Of a stretch of DNA of 64,000 nt, positions 19,834 through 29,014 are shown one piece after another. Made by a program: the position numbers and the translations under genes. The DNA lies in the NCBI RefSeq assembly GCF_934630535.1, contig NZ_CAKTVU010000002.1:179720-243719 (forward strand), read 5' to 3'. This DNA is from an uncultured Senegalimassilia sp. Lineage in GTDB: Bacteria; Actinomycetota; Coriobacteriia; Coriobacteriales; Eggerthellaceae. The notes under the pieces were generated by a model, which ran no database searches, was not told the DNA's origin, and was given only the letters and a program-made list of their open reading frames with translations. How positions within the stretch are numbered: position 1 is the first letter of the stretch; each line of letters opens with the position of its first letter.

Positions 19834-20744
19834 ACCCCATCACGCTGACAACCGTGGCCGAGCCGCTCATCCGCCAGGCGCTGGCCGAGGACATCACCAA
19901 CGAGGACGTGTCCACCGCCGCCATCATGCCCGACGCGCGCCCCGCCGCCGTTGACCTCATCGCGAAGGCCGATGGCGTGCTGTGCGGCCTCGACGTGTTC
20001 GAGCGCACGTTCGCCATCTTGGACCCCGAGACGCGCGTCCAGCGCTTCGCCGCGGACGGCGACAGCGTTTGCGCAGGCCAAACGCTTGCAACGGTAACCG
20101 GCGACGTGCGCGTGCTGCTGTCGGGCGAACGCGTGGCGCTGAACTACCTGCAGCGCATGAGCGGCATCGCCACCTACACGCACCGCGTGGCCGCACTTCT
20201 CGAGGGCAGCGCCACCCAGCTGGTGGACACGCGCAAGACCACGCCGAACATGCGCGTGTTCGAGAAGGAGGCCGTCAAGTGTGGCGGCGGCCGCAACCAC
20301 CGCTACAACCTCTCCGACGGGGTGCTGCTGAAGGACAACCACATAGCCGCAGCGGGCGGCGTGCGCGAAGCCATCGAGGCCGCCCGCGCCTATGCGCCCT
20401 TCGTGCGCGAGATTGAAGTGGAGTGCGAGACGTTCGCGCAGGTCGAGGAGGCCATCGCCGCCGGCGCCGACATCATCATGCTCGACAACATGGATCATGA
20501 CGCCATGGCGGCAGCCGTCGCGTTCATCGATGGGCGCGCAAAGACCGAGTGCTCCGGCAACATCGACGCGCACAACGTTCAGGCTATCGCCGACCTGGGC
20601 ATCGACTTCGTGTCCAGCGGTGCGCTCACCCACTCGGCGCCCATCCTGGACGTGTCCATGAAGCACCTGCGCATGCTGGACGAAGCCGCCGCTGCTGACG
20701 GCGATGCACCGGTCACCGATATCAACCGTGAAAGCGGGCAGTAG
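19830..20744 (+). CDS. nadC: Nicotinate-nucleotide diphosphorylase (carboxylating)
   Basis: ERVALNYLQRMSGIAT, DTRKTTP, NHR..LSD..LLKDNH, EVE, IMLDN, SG. Confidence 0.96.
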   Translation: MNPITLTTVAEPLIRQALAEDITNEDVSTAAIMPDARPAAVDLIAKADGVLCGLDVFERTFAILDPETRVQRFAADGDSVCAGQTLATVTGDVRVLLSGERVALNYLQRMSGIATYTHRVAALLEGSATQLVDTRKTTPNMRVFEKEAVKCGGGRNHRYNLSDGVLLKDNHIAAAGGVREAIEAARAYAPFVREIEVECETFAQVEEAIAAGADIIMLDNMDHDAMAAAVAFIDGRAKTECSGNIDAHNVQAIADLGIDFVSSGALTHSAPILDVSMKHLRMLDEAAAADGDAPVTDINRESGQ

Positions 20745-20746
20745 CT

Positions 20747-21355
20747 ATGACAACGAAATCCGAGGTCAGGCGTGCGTCGCTGCTCGATGCGCTTCGATGC
20801 GCCGACGAGCCGGTATCTGGCGGCCAGCTTGCAAGCACCCTTAACGTCAGCCGGCAGATCATCGTGCAGGACATCGCGCTGCTGCGCGAGGCGGGCGCAA
20901 ACATCGTGGCAACCACGAAGGGCTACGTGTTGGCGGATGCCGCGCAAACCGCAGCTCAAAACACAACGCAAACCATGACGCAAAATGCCGCGGAGCAACC
21001 GGCGGCACGCCTTGACGAGCCGGCCCGCACGTTCAAGCTGCACCACGAGGTCGAGCAAACCAGGGACGAGCTGCAAACTATCATCGCGCTCGGCGGGCGC
21101 GTGCACAACGTGTCCATCAGCCATCGCGCCTACGGCCGCATCACCGCGCCTTTGGAGGTCGCAAACCAGGCGGATATCGAGCGCTTCATCAACGATATCG
21201 AAAGCGGGAAATCCTCGCCGCTGAGCACCGCCACCTCGGGATACCACTATCACCTGGTATCGGCGCCAAGCGACGAGGTGCTCGAAGCCATCGGCCGAGC
21301 GCTCGCCGACAAGGGCTTCCTAGCCCCGCTGCTCCCCCACGAGCAGGAAGCGTAA
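20747..21355 (+). CDS. niaR: Niacin-responsive repressor NiaR (HTH plus 3H domain)
   Basis: HTH VSGGQLASTLNVSRQIIVQDIALLR..GY; 3H domain with H..EL, H..YG, PLS..TSGYHYH. Confidence 0.9.
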   Translation: MTTKSEVRRASLLDALRCADEPVSGGQLASTLNVSRQIIVQDIALLREAGANIVATTKGYVLADAAQTAAQNTTQTMTQNAAEQPAARLDEPARTFKLHHEVEQTRDELQTIIALGGRVHNVSISHRAYGRITAPLEVANQADIERFINDIESGKSSPLSTATSGYHYHLVSAPSDEVLEAIGRALADKGFLAPLLPHEQEA

Positions 21356-21424
21356 GGAGGCAGTCGCCCGCGTCGGGCGCATCCTTCGCCGTCCACATCG
21401 CGCAATTCGTTCCCCAAAAACCAA

Positions 21425-21456
21425 AAGCGGGGACGATACCCATATCATCCCCGCTT
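21425..21456. terminator. Hairpin between convergent niaR and FHA genes
   Basis: AAGCGGGGACGATA-ccca-TATCATCCCCGCTT. Confidence 0.55.
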
Positions 21457-21492
21457 CACCATCGACACGCCGGCGTTGCAGCCGGCGTGTTG

Positions 21493-22473
21493 CTATTCCC
21501 AGCTTTCCGGCATGCCCTCTATCAGCATGAACCGGGTCGATCCGGCCAAAACCAGCTCGTCGCCAGCATGCACTTCGACCGGTTCCGCACATGCGGAAGC
21601 ACCCGCACGCGCCGGCTCCACCACCGTCTCGGAGCCGTCTTCGCCGCTGATCAGCACGGTGCCGTTGGAGCTTCCCAGTCCCTGGACACACCACCGGCCA
21701 GCCTCGTTGCACCAAACGCGCAGATGATGGCCCGACACATCGGGCTCCACGTCGTTGATGTCGTCGGGCCCCAAGGCCAGCGCGCCGATCTCCACGCCGT
21801 CGGACAGCGGCTGCACCCAGTGCAAACCCCCCGAAACCAGGCCTCCCACCATGCGCAGCAGGCCCAACGCCTGCGCCTGCTCGCGCGGGTCGGCGGACGG
21901 CGCGTCAGGCTGCTCGGAGTCCATGACGTACGCAGGAACGGTTTCCAGCCTTCCGCCGTGCACCGTCTTCACGTAATCGAGCACGTAGGCGCACGCGCGC
22001 TTCACGTTTGCGCTGCATCCCGCCGCCACAAACAGCACCATGGCCAGCTCGGCGCGCTCCTCCACGCTGTAGCCCGCACCTCGCGCCAGGCGTTCCAGCA
22101 CGTTGCGATACAACGCCAGGTCCTGATGGCACTCGCGCAGCGCCTGCTTCATAAGCGCGCCGCCCTGGTCCGTGACCAGCGACAACGCCTCATCAGCCGA
22201 CAAGCCCTTCCCGTCGCGGGAGCGCAGGCGCGCCGAGACGCGAAGCGCTGCCACGCCCCAGTCGCAAAAGTAGCGGTCCTGCAGCGAGCCCACAGGGGCG
22301 TGCACGATGAAGCGCGACACCCACGTGCGATCATCGCAACGCGACAGCGGGCTTTTGCCGTCGGCAAGCGGGCGGCCGGACAGCACCAGGCGCGCCAGGT
22401 CCTTATGGCTGATGCCGCCATAGCGTTTCATGGTCTCGAACAAGGCGCCACACGGCGTCAACTCCGTTGCCAT
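21493..22473 (-). CDS. FHA domain-containing protein
   Basis: C-terminal FHA signature VSGHH..W.VQGLGSSNGT..GDELVLAG. Start re-called at 22473 (RBS AAGGAG). Confidence 0.85.
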   Translation of the reverse strand: MATELTPCGALFETMKRYGGISHKDLARLVLSGRPLADGKSPLSRCDDRTWVSRFIVHAPVGSLQDRYFCDWGVAALRVSARLRSRDGKGLSADEALSLVTDQGGALMKQALRECHQDLALYRNVLERLARGAGYSVEERAELAMVLFVAAGCSANVKRACAYVLDYVKTVHGGRLETVPAYVMDSEQPDAPSADPREQAQALGLLRMVGGLVSGGLHWVQPLSDGVEIGALALGPDDINDVEPDVSGHHLRVWCNEAGRWCVQGLGSSNGTVLISGEDGSETVVEPARAGASACAEPVEVHAGDELVLAGSTRFMLIEGMPESWE

Positions 22474-22478
22474 CTGCC

Positions 22479-24479
22479 TCACGCTCCTTCGCTCACATCG
22501 TCGTCCAACACATCTCGTTTGCCCGCAAACCGGGATTTTGCGTCCGAAGCCTTGCCTGCAGGGTCGTCGATCTCGTACTCGGGCTGCGGGTCGGTGGCGC
22601 AAACCCCGTTGCGTGCATCGCCAGAAACCCCGGGCTCGCAAACATCACGCCCACCCGCATCCTGCGGGCCGCAAACCTGCCGCGTTTCGCCCTTGCCGGC
22701 TTTGCCCTCAAACGCCGGCGCCGCTGCGCCCGGAAGCGCCGCCTCGCCATCATCCCCCGATGGCAGCGCCTTACGGCGAATCACCTGGGGCAACGCCACG
22801 TTCAGCGCGAAATCGGCCGCCATGAGGCACCAGCCCGCCGCCGCTGCGGCCACCAATGCCATGGAAAGCAAATGCTGCTGAGCCGCCGCCTCGAAACGCA
22901 TGTCGGCAAGCACCTGCCATAGCGCGGCGAACGTGACCGCAAGGCCCGCCGTGCCGCGCAAAAAGCCCGCCGTGGTGCGCGAGCCGCCGAAGCGCAATGA
23001 CAGCCCCACCAACGCGGGGAACAGCGCCGCAACGGCCACCGCAGCCCCGGGAACGCCGCCCGACCAGGCAAAACCCGCCGCATCAAGCGACGCTTGCGCG
23101 CCGTTGGCGAGCACACCCGCCGAGACCGCGACCCCCGCCAACGCCGCCGCCGCAACGCCCTTGCACGCCAAGCGCACATGAGCCAGCGTGGAATCGGCCA
23201 TATCAAGCGCCGACGCGGCGAACCCGCCGGGCACGCACGGCACCAGCGGACGGCCGCAAAACGACCGCTCCACGTTGTCCGCATAGTGGATGGAGAACGA
23301 CGACAGCGCATCGCGGACCGCCGCAGCGTCGGGGCGATCGGATTGCCCGCGTGCCAGGCAATCGCCCAACACGATACCCAGCTGCTCGTCCACGAAAGAC
23401 AGCGCCTCGGCCGCCTCCGACACGCCCATCGGCGCGGACAGCTTGTCCTGCGCATGCTGCACCGCAACCGCCACCTCGGGTTCGCGGGCAAGCGCCTCGA
23501 GCAGCTCGTCGGCCCGGGCGTGCGCCATCACGGCCGCCGGCGCAGGAGCCGCCATCTTCGCACGGTACGGCGAAACGGGCGCCCCCTCTTCCGTAACCGC
23601 ATGCAAATCGTAAGGCGCGCACCCGCACGCCAGCTGATACACCACGCTTGCCGCGGCGTACACGTCGATCGCCGGCGATTTGCGCAGCTCGGCCAGGCCC
23701 GGGATGTCGTCGCTGAGCATCTCGGGCGGCGCGAAATCGGCCGTGGCGCCGCGGAACACCGCGTTCTCGCTGGTAAACGACGTGGAACGCGGCTCCGATT
23801 CGGCCGACGAGCCGAAGTCGATGAGGTACAGGTCGAACACGCCCTCGTCCACCTGCTGCTCCAAGGACAGCCGCGACGTGCGCACCATGACGTTGCGCGG
23901 GCTCATGTCGCGGTGCACGAACCCGCCTTCCACATACCCCATGCGCGCCACCAGGTCGAACAGGTCGCGGCCCAGGCGCGCCGCCACCAGCGGGCTCACG
24001 CGCCCGCAACCGTCGACGGCAAGCTGCCGGCGCACGCGGTCCAAGGTGATGCCCTCGACCCATTCCATGACGATGCACGGCACCCCGTCGACCGTCCCGC
24101 GGCCGTACAGACGGGGAAAGCCCTTCAGCCCCGACAGCAGGATATGGCATTCGTATTCGCGCTCAAACGCGGCACGCGAGGCGCGCACACGGCGGGCATG
24201 ATCGTCCTCGGTTTCGCCATCACGGCGATGCGGAAGCGAGAGCAGCTTGAGCGCCAGATGCTCGCCCTGCGCGTTGCGCGCATGTTCCACGCGCCCCGTG
24301 CCGCCGCGATGCCCCTGGCCCTGCGAGACGAACAACGTGACGAAACGGCGGACATACGACGGCCGATCGGCGTCGGAAAGCGAAAGCGGCGCGCTGAAAT
24401 CGGCCACGCGCACCAGGCGCATGCCCTGAACGGCGCCCGACGAGGCGAGCGCGCCGCCCTTGTCCACAAGCCCGCTCAT
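22479..24479 (-). CDS. Hanks-type Ser/Thr protein kinase with C-terminal transmembrane helices
   Basis: RGGTG.V, ALK, IVMEWVEG, HRDMSPRN, IDFG, GAT..FAPPE, DVYA, followed by several hydrophobic helices. Confidence 0.9.
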   Translation of the reverse strand: MSGLVDKGGALASSGAVQGMRLVRVADFSAPLSLSDADRPSYVRRFVTLFVSQGQGHRGGTGRVEHARNAQGEHLALKLLSLPHRRDGETEDDHARRVRASRAAFEREYECHILLSGLKGFPRLYGRGTVDGVPCIVMEWVEGITLDRVRRQLAVDGCGRVSPLVAARLGRDLFDLVARMGYVEGGFVHRDMSPRNVMVRTSRLSLEQQVDEGVFDLYLIDFGSSAESEPRSTSFTSENAVFRGATADFAPPEMLSDDIPGLAELRKSPAIDVYAAASVVYQLACGCAPYDLHAVTEEGAPVSPYRAKMAAPAPAAVMAHARADELLEALAREPEVAVAVQHAQDKLSAPMGVSEAAEALSFVDEQLGIVLGDCLARGQSDRPDAAAVRDALSSFSIHYADNVERSFCGRPLVPCVPGGFAASALDMADSTLAHVRLACKGVAAAALAGVAVSAGVLANGAQASLDAAGFAWSGGVPGAAVAVAALFPALVGLSLRFGGSRTTAGFLRGTAGLAVTFAALWQVLADMRFEAAAQQHLLSMALVAAAAAGWCLMAADFALNVALPQVIRRKALPSGDDGEAALPGAAAPAFEGKAGKGETRQVCGPQDAGGRDVCEPGVSGDARNGVCATDPQPEYEIDDPAGKASDAKSRFAGKRDVLDDDVSEGA

Positions 24480-25684
24480 AAGCTGATGCTCGCTAACGTT
24501 TCGTTCAATTGCGCAGCCCTGATGCTGTTGCCGGAAGCGTCCTGATCGGCGCGAACAGGTTCCATCCAGCGATCGACCCCTTCCGCCGGGTTATCGTATT
24601 CCAAGTTCAGACCCCATGCGTCGTAAATGACGGTCAGGTACCGGTCCAGCGCGATATAGGCGCGCTGAAGGTTGCTTTTCTGCTCCTGCCAACGCGAGCC
24701 CTCTGCGAACGCGCTCGAATTGCGCAGCAGCAGGAAGTCGGTGAGCGTTTGGCTGTCTATGGCCGCGCACTCGTTATAATCGCTTTGGCGAAGGGGGCGC
24801 GAGGTGCTCATGCAATCGTTGTTGAACGCTGCAACGGCGTTGTTCAGGCGCACAACATAGGCATTCACGCGCGCCTGATGGTCCACCAGCACGGCATACG
24901 CCGCCGCCTCCTGCTCGGCCGTGGGCGCGGCGGGCGCGGAAGCAGAGCCGGAGCCGCCGGCGCTTTCCGAGCCCGAGCCGCTCGCGCCGCCCGACGCGCT
25001 GCCCGAACCGCCGGAGCCGCCCGAGCCCGAGCCGGAACCGGACGCGGACCCGCTGCCGCCCGAGGACGCGGAGCCCGACGTCGAAGCCGAGCCCGACGCC
25101 GTCGAGCCGCCGCCGGCGATCTGCTGGGCGCGAGCGAACGACGAATCCACCGAGGAAACCGCCGTTGCCCCGGTCAGCGACGCAACACCCAACGCGCCGG
25201 CACCGGAGCCGGAACCGATGCCCAAAGCGGCCGCGGCATCGGGCGCGGCGGCGTTGACCTTGGAGGCCTCGATCGTCACCGGGCCCACCGCGCGCACCGA
25301 GCCCGCAGGGCCCGCCTGAACCTCGCGCATCTGGCCGTCAAGCCACAACGCCGATTCCAGCGGGATTACCACCGCGCTGGGCTTGGCATCGGCCACCACG
25401 GCGGGGATGGCGGACACGTAGCCGCCGACGCCCGCCACCATCAGGGCGAACGACGCGGCCGAAAGCGCCATCATGGGACGGGTGATGCCGGGCTTCCACC
25501 GCAGCCTGCGCGCGCGGCGCGCTGGGCGGTCGGTGGCCGCGAACGTGGGCGTAGGGCTGGAGGAAGGGCTGACGGCGCGTCCCGCGGGCGTCAGCTGCTC
25601 GGCGGGCGCCTGAGGGCGCGCCGCATCGCCGGCGGCCAAATCCGCCGTGTTGCGCTCATCATCGTGCGCGTTTTGCTCCGTCAT
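24476..25684 (-). CDS. Hypothetical single-pass membrane protein with Gly/Ser linker and C-terminal helical domain
   Basis: One hydrophobic segment and a long GS-rich linker. Its stop overlaps the kinase start. RBS AAAGGAGG. Confidence 0.7.
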   Translation of the reverse strand: MTEQNAHDDERNTADLAAGDAARPQAPAEQLTPAGRAVSPSSSPTPTFAATDRPARRARRLRWKPGITRPMMALSAASFALMVAGVGGYVSAIPAVVADAKPSAVVIPLESALWLDGQMREVQAGPAGSVRAVGPVTIEASKVNAAAPDAAAALGIGSGSGAGALGVASLTGATAVSSVDSSFARAQQIAGGGSTASGSASTSGSASSGGSGSASGSGSGSGGSGGSGSASGGASGSGSESAGGSGSASAPAAPTAEQEAAAYAVLVDHQARVNAYVVRLNNAVAAFNNDCMSTSRPLRQSDYNECAAIDSQTLTDFLLLRNSSAFAEGSRWQEQKSNLQRAYIALDRYLTVIYDAWGLNLEYDNPAEGVDRWMEPVRADQDASGNSIRAAQLNETLASISL

Positions 25685-25723
25685 CGCCTTCCCTCCTTTC
25701 CCTTCTTATCCCAAAAGGCGCCG

Positions 25724-26185
25724 CTACGCCAAACCAGGCCAGTTTTGCTGGCGCAAAGCCTCGTATGCGGCTATTGCAACCGAATTGCTTAAGTTTAAGC
25801 TGCGCATGCCGTCGCGCATGGGGATGCGCACGCAGGCGGGCTCGAAACGCTGCATAACGGCCTCATCGAGCCCGCGGCTTTCGCGCCCGAACACCAGCCA
25901 GGCATCCGGGCCGTACGCGACATCGGCGAAGCTGCGCCGCACATGTCCCGTGAACAGGTGCAGCTCGTCGGCGACGTGGGCCTCGAAGAACTCGTCGGCG
26001 CACGACCAGCGCACGATGTCGACGTCGTCCCAATAGTCGCATCCCGCGCGCGCAAGGTTGCGCTGCGTAACGGCGAAGCCCATGGGCTCCACCAGGTGCA
26101 GCCGCGCGCCGATGCACGCGCACGTGCGCGCCACGTTCCCCGTGTTCTGAGGGATCTCAGGCTCCACCAACACGATGTTGAGCAT
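25724..26185 (-). CDS. trmL: tRNA (cytidine/uridine-34)-2'-O-methyltransferase
   Basis: IVLVEPEIPQNTGNVARTC, FGRESRGL, RIPM..RSLNLSNSVA. Confidence 0.93.
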   Translation of the reverse strand: MLNIVLVEPEIPQNTGNVARTCACIGARLHLVEPMGFAVTQRNLARAGCDYWDDVDIVRWSCADEFFEAHVADELHLFTGHVRRSFADVAYGPDAWLVFGRESRGLDEAVMQRFEPACVRIPMRDGMRSLNLSNSVAIAAYEALRQQNWPGLA

Positions 26186-26326
26186 CCTTGCAACCTTTCG
26201 TTCGAACGAATAGCCCCTTACGCGCCCGCGGCTTCCCGCTACCGCGCCTACCCGCAGCCCCAAACGACCGAACCCTGACAGCCCGAGCGCCGCCGGTCGC
26301 GCAATCGCGCGTCCGGCACAGCGCCC

Positions 26327-28411
26327 CTACACTCCCATGGCCTCGGCTTGTTTGGCCATCTCCTCCTCGAGCTCCTCGTTGAGCATGAACCACTCCTCCT
26401 CGGCGGCGGCCAGGCGCTGCTTGAGCTTGGAGTGCTCGGCCACGGCATCCGAGGACGCGTCCTCGTTGATGTAGAAGTCGGGGTCGGCCATCTTCGCCAG
26501 CAGCTCCTCCATACGGGCGTTGTCGCGCTCCATCTGCTTGTCGAGCTCGGCGATGCGCTTGCGGTGGTTCTTCAGCGCGGCGTAGGCGCGGTTGCGCGCC
26601 TCAGCCTCGCGGCGCTTCTGCTCCTTGGTCTTCGGCGAGCTGCCGCGCTTGGCCGTCAGCTCTCCCGAGGCCGCCGGCGCAGGCGTAGCGGGCGCGGAAG
26701 GCGCGGAAGAGGCGCTCTTCGACGCCTTCCCCTTCCCCGATCCGCCCTTTCCGGCCGGTTTGCGCTCCATCAGCTCGTCGACGAGCGACTCGTCGGTGGG
26801 CTCGGGCCCATCGAGCTGGCCGGACTTGAACAGGTAGTAGTCGTAGTCGCCGTCGTAGACGGTGACCTTGCCGGGCTTCACCTCGACGATGCGGTTCGCG
26901 ATGCTGCGGATGAGGTGGCGGTCGTGCGTGATGAGCAGGATGGTGCCCTCGAAGCGGTTGAGCGCCTGCTCGAGCACGTCGGCGCTGGCGATGTCAAGGT
27001 GGTTTGTGGGCTCGTCAAGGCACAGCAGCGGCTTGGGCGCCACTAGCATCTTCGCCAGCGCAAGACGGCCCTTTTCGCCGCCGGAGAGCACGCTGACCTT
27101 CTTCTCGACGGCGTCACCCTCGAACAGGAAGGCGCCGAGCAGGCTGCGCACCTGGCTGATGTTCCAGCCCGGCGCCACGTGGTCGAGCTCCTCGAACACG
27201 GTGTTGCCCGCGTGCAGCTCCTCCAGCTGGTGCTGCGCGTAGTACGTCAGCGTCACGTGCACGCCGTAGTCGATGGTGCCGGCGTCGGGCTTCATGACGC
27301 CCGCGATCATCTTCATAAGCGTGGATTTGCCCGCGCCGTTGGGGCCGACGAGCGCCACCTTGTCGCCGCGGTACATGGTGAAGTCGAAGTTGTCGTAGAC
27401 GCGCTTGTCGCCGAAGGCCTTCACCAGGCCGCGGCAGCGCACCACCTCGTCGCCGGTGCGCGGCGGCTGCACGAAGTTGAAGTGGATGGGCTTCTTCTCC
27501 TCGGGGATCTCGATGAGCTCCTCTTTCAGGCGCTCCAGGCGCTGCGCGCGCTCCTGGGCCTGGCGGGCCTTGGTGGCCTTGTAGCGGAAGCGCTCGACGA
27601 AGTCCTCCAGGTGCTTCATCTCCTCGAGCTGCTTGGTGCGCTGCTGGCGCAGGCGCTCGATGCGCTCCTCGCGCGCCTTGAGGTACGCGGAATAGTTGCC
27701 CTTGTACAGGTTGACGCGGCCGTTGGCCACCTCGGCCACGCGGTCGATCATGTTGTCCATGAACTCGCGGTCGTGGCTGACCACGATGACGGTGCCCTCG
27801 TAGCCGCGCAAAAAGCCCTCGAGCCACTTCACCGACTCAAGATCCAAGTGGTTTGTGGGCTCGTCGAGCATGAGCACCTCGGGATTGCGGACCAGAAGCT
27901 TGGCCAGCGCGATGCGCATCTGCCAGCCGCCGGAGAAGTTCGTGGTGGCCTGCTTGATGTCGCCTTCCTTGAAGCCCAGGCCGAACAGCACGCCGCGGAC
28001 CTTGGCCTCGATGGTGTAGCCGCCCAGCATCTCGTAGGCGTCGCGCGCGCGGCCGGCGGCGGCAAGCTGGCGCTCGGTGGGGTTGTCGCCCAGCGACTCC
28101 TCCAGCTCGCGCAGGCGCTGCTCGGCTTCCAGAATCTCCACCTGCGAGGACATGACCTCCTCGAAGATGGGGCGATCGGGCATCTCGATGGCCTCCTGCT
28201 CCAGGTAGCCCACGCGGGCGCCCTTCGCGAACAGGATGCGGCCCTCGTCGGCGTCCTCGCGGCCGCTGATGATGTTGAGCATGGTGGTTTTGCCGGCGCC
28301 GTTGGGGCCCACGAGCGCTAAGCGGTCGTATTCCTCCAGCTTGAACGTGACGTCGGAGAACAGCGTGCGCCCGCCGAACGACTTCGACAGATGCTCAACC
28401 TGCATGATCAT
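26327..28411 (-). CDS. ABC-F family ATP-binding protein (YheS/Uup-like)
   Basis: Two ABC domains ([28 protein letters not shown]), no transmembrane segments, C-terminal coiled coil. Confidence 0.93.
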   Translation of the reverse strand: MIMQVEHLSKSFGGRTLFSDVTFKLEEYDRLALVGPNGAGKTTMLNIISGREDADEGRILFAKGARVGYLEQEAIEMPDRPIFEEVMSSQVEILEAEQRLRELEESLGDNPTERQLAAAGRARDAYEMLGGYTIEAKVRGVLFGLGFKEGDIKQATTNFSGGWQMRIALAKLLVRNPEVLMLDEPTNHLDLESVKWLEGFLRGYEGTVIVVSHDREFMDNMIDRVAEVANGRVNLYKGNYSAYLKAREERIERLRQQRTKQLEEMKHLEDFVERFRYKATKARQAQERAQRLERLKEELIEIPEEKKPIHFNFVQPPRTGDEVVRCRGLVKAFGDKRVYDNFDFTMYRGDKVALVGPNGAGKSTLMKMIAGVMKPDAGTIDYGVHVTLTYYAQHQLEELHAGNTVFEELDHVAPGWNISQVRSLLGAFLFEGDAVEKKVSVLSGGEKGRLALAKMLVAPKPLLCLDEPTNHLDIASADVLEQALNRFEGTILLITHDRHLIRSIANRIVEVKPGKVTVYDGDYDYYLFKSGQLDGPEPTDESLVDELMERKPAGKGGSGKGKASKSASSAPSAPATPAPAASGELTAKRGSSPKTKEQKRREAEARNRAYAALKNHRKRIAELDKQMERDNARMEELLAKMADPDFYINEDASSDAVAEHSKLKQRLAAAEEEWFMLNEELEEEMAKQAEAMGV

Positions 28412-28527
28412 GGTGCGACAACTCCTTTAGCGTTAAAACGAAACCACGCAAGGGCAGCGAGGAGCCGACACCGAGAAATGAACGCAAAAACGGATGCCCT
28501 TGCCTATGAAGGGAATCCGCGCGAGAT

Positions 28528-28562
28528 AAAAAAAGAACCGCCAACTTGCGCTGGCGGTTCTT
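28528..28562 (-). terminator. Intrinsic terminator of tRNA-Asn
   Basis: AAGAACCGCCA..TGGCGGTTCTT hairpin followed by a T7 run on the minus strand. Confidence 0.8.
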
Positions 28563-28571
28563 GGAGCTTCA

Positions 28572-28646
28572 TGGCTCCCCGGGTAGGATTCGAACCTACA
28601 ACCCTCCGGTTAACAGCCGGATGCTCTGCCGTTGAGCTACCGAGGA
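28572..28646 (-). tRNA. tRNA-Asn (GTT)
   Basis: Reverse complement TCCTCGGTAGCTCAACGGCAGAGCATCCGGCTGTTAACCGGAGGGTTGTAGGTTCGAATCCTACCCGGGGAGCCA forms a cloverleaf with anticodon GTT, TTCGAA T-loop and CCA end. Confidence 0.97.
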
Positions 28647-28845
28647 ATTTCTTCGGTGCGCTTCGTTTCCTTGGCGCAAGAAAGTATTATAGACATTTCA
28701 ATTTTCGGCGCAACCCCCTTTTTCAAAAATTTTTTCAACAGCCGATTTCGGGGGGAGTGGATTAATTCGCAAGTTCATCCGAACACTTCGGTTTCGTTAT
28801 CGAACTCATCCGCACATGTCCGGCTGAGTCTGGGAAAGTCCTTCT

Positions 28846-28933
28846 GCGTGAACGGGGGACGGAGGTGTGTTCACGGTCGACCTTCGCGCTTCCGACGACG
28901 TATCGTGAACACACCTCCGTCCCCCGTTCACGC
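28846..28933. repeat. REP-doublet (REPIN)/MITE-like palindrome, copy 2
   Basis: Perfect 30-bp inverted arms GCGTGAACGGGGGACGGAGGTGTGTTCACG (28846-28875 and 28904-28933) around a 28-bp spacer. Confidence 0.8.
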
Positions 28934-29014
28934 CCCGCCCGCTTCGCCGCGCGGCAGCGCAGCTGCCGCTTTCGCCACGCAACAGCACAGGCGCCGCGCC
29001 ACGGTTCCCGCGCT

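Noticed and set aside
28572..28646. tRNA-Asn as the integration site of the low-GC island
   Set aside because: No adjacent integrase, no duplicated tRNA 3' end seen, and its 3' side faces the housekeeping genes.
11522..28933. Repeat-spacer-repeat units as CRISPR
   Set aside because: The arms are inverted rather than direct, the units are isolated, and no cas genes are present.
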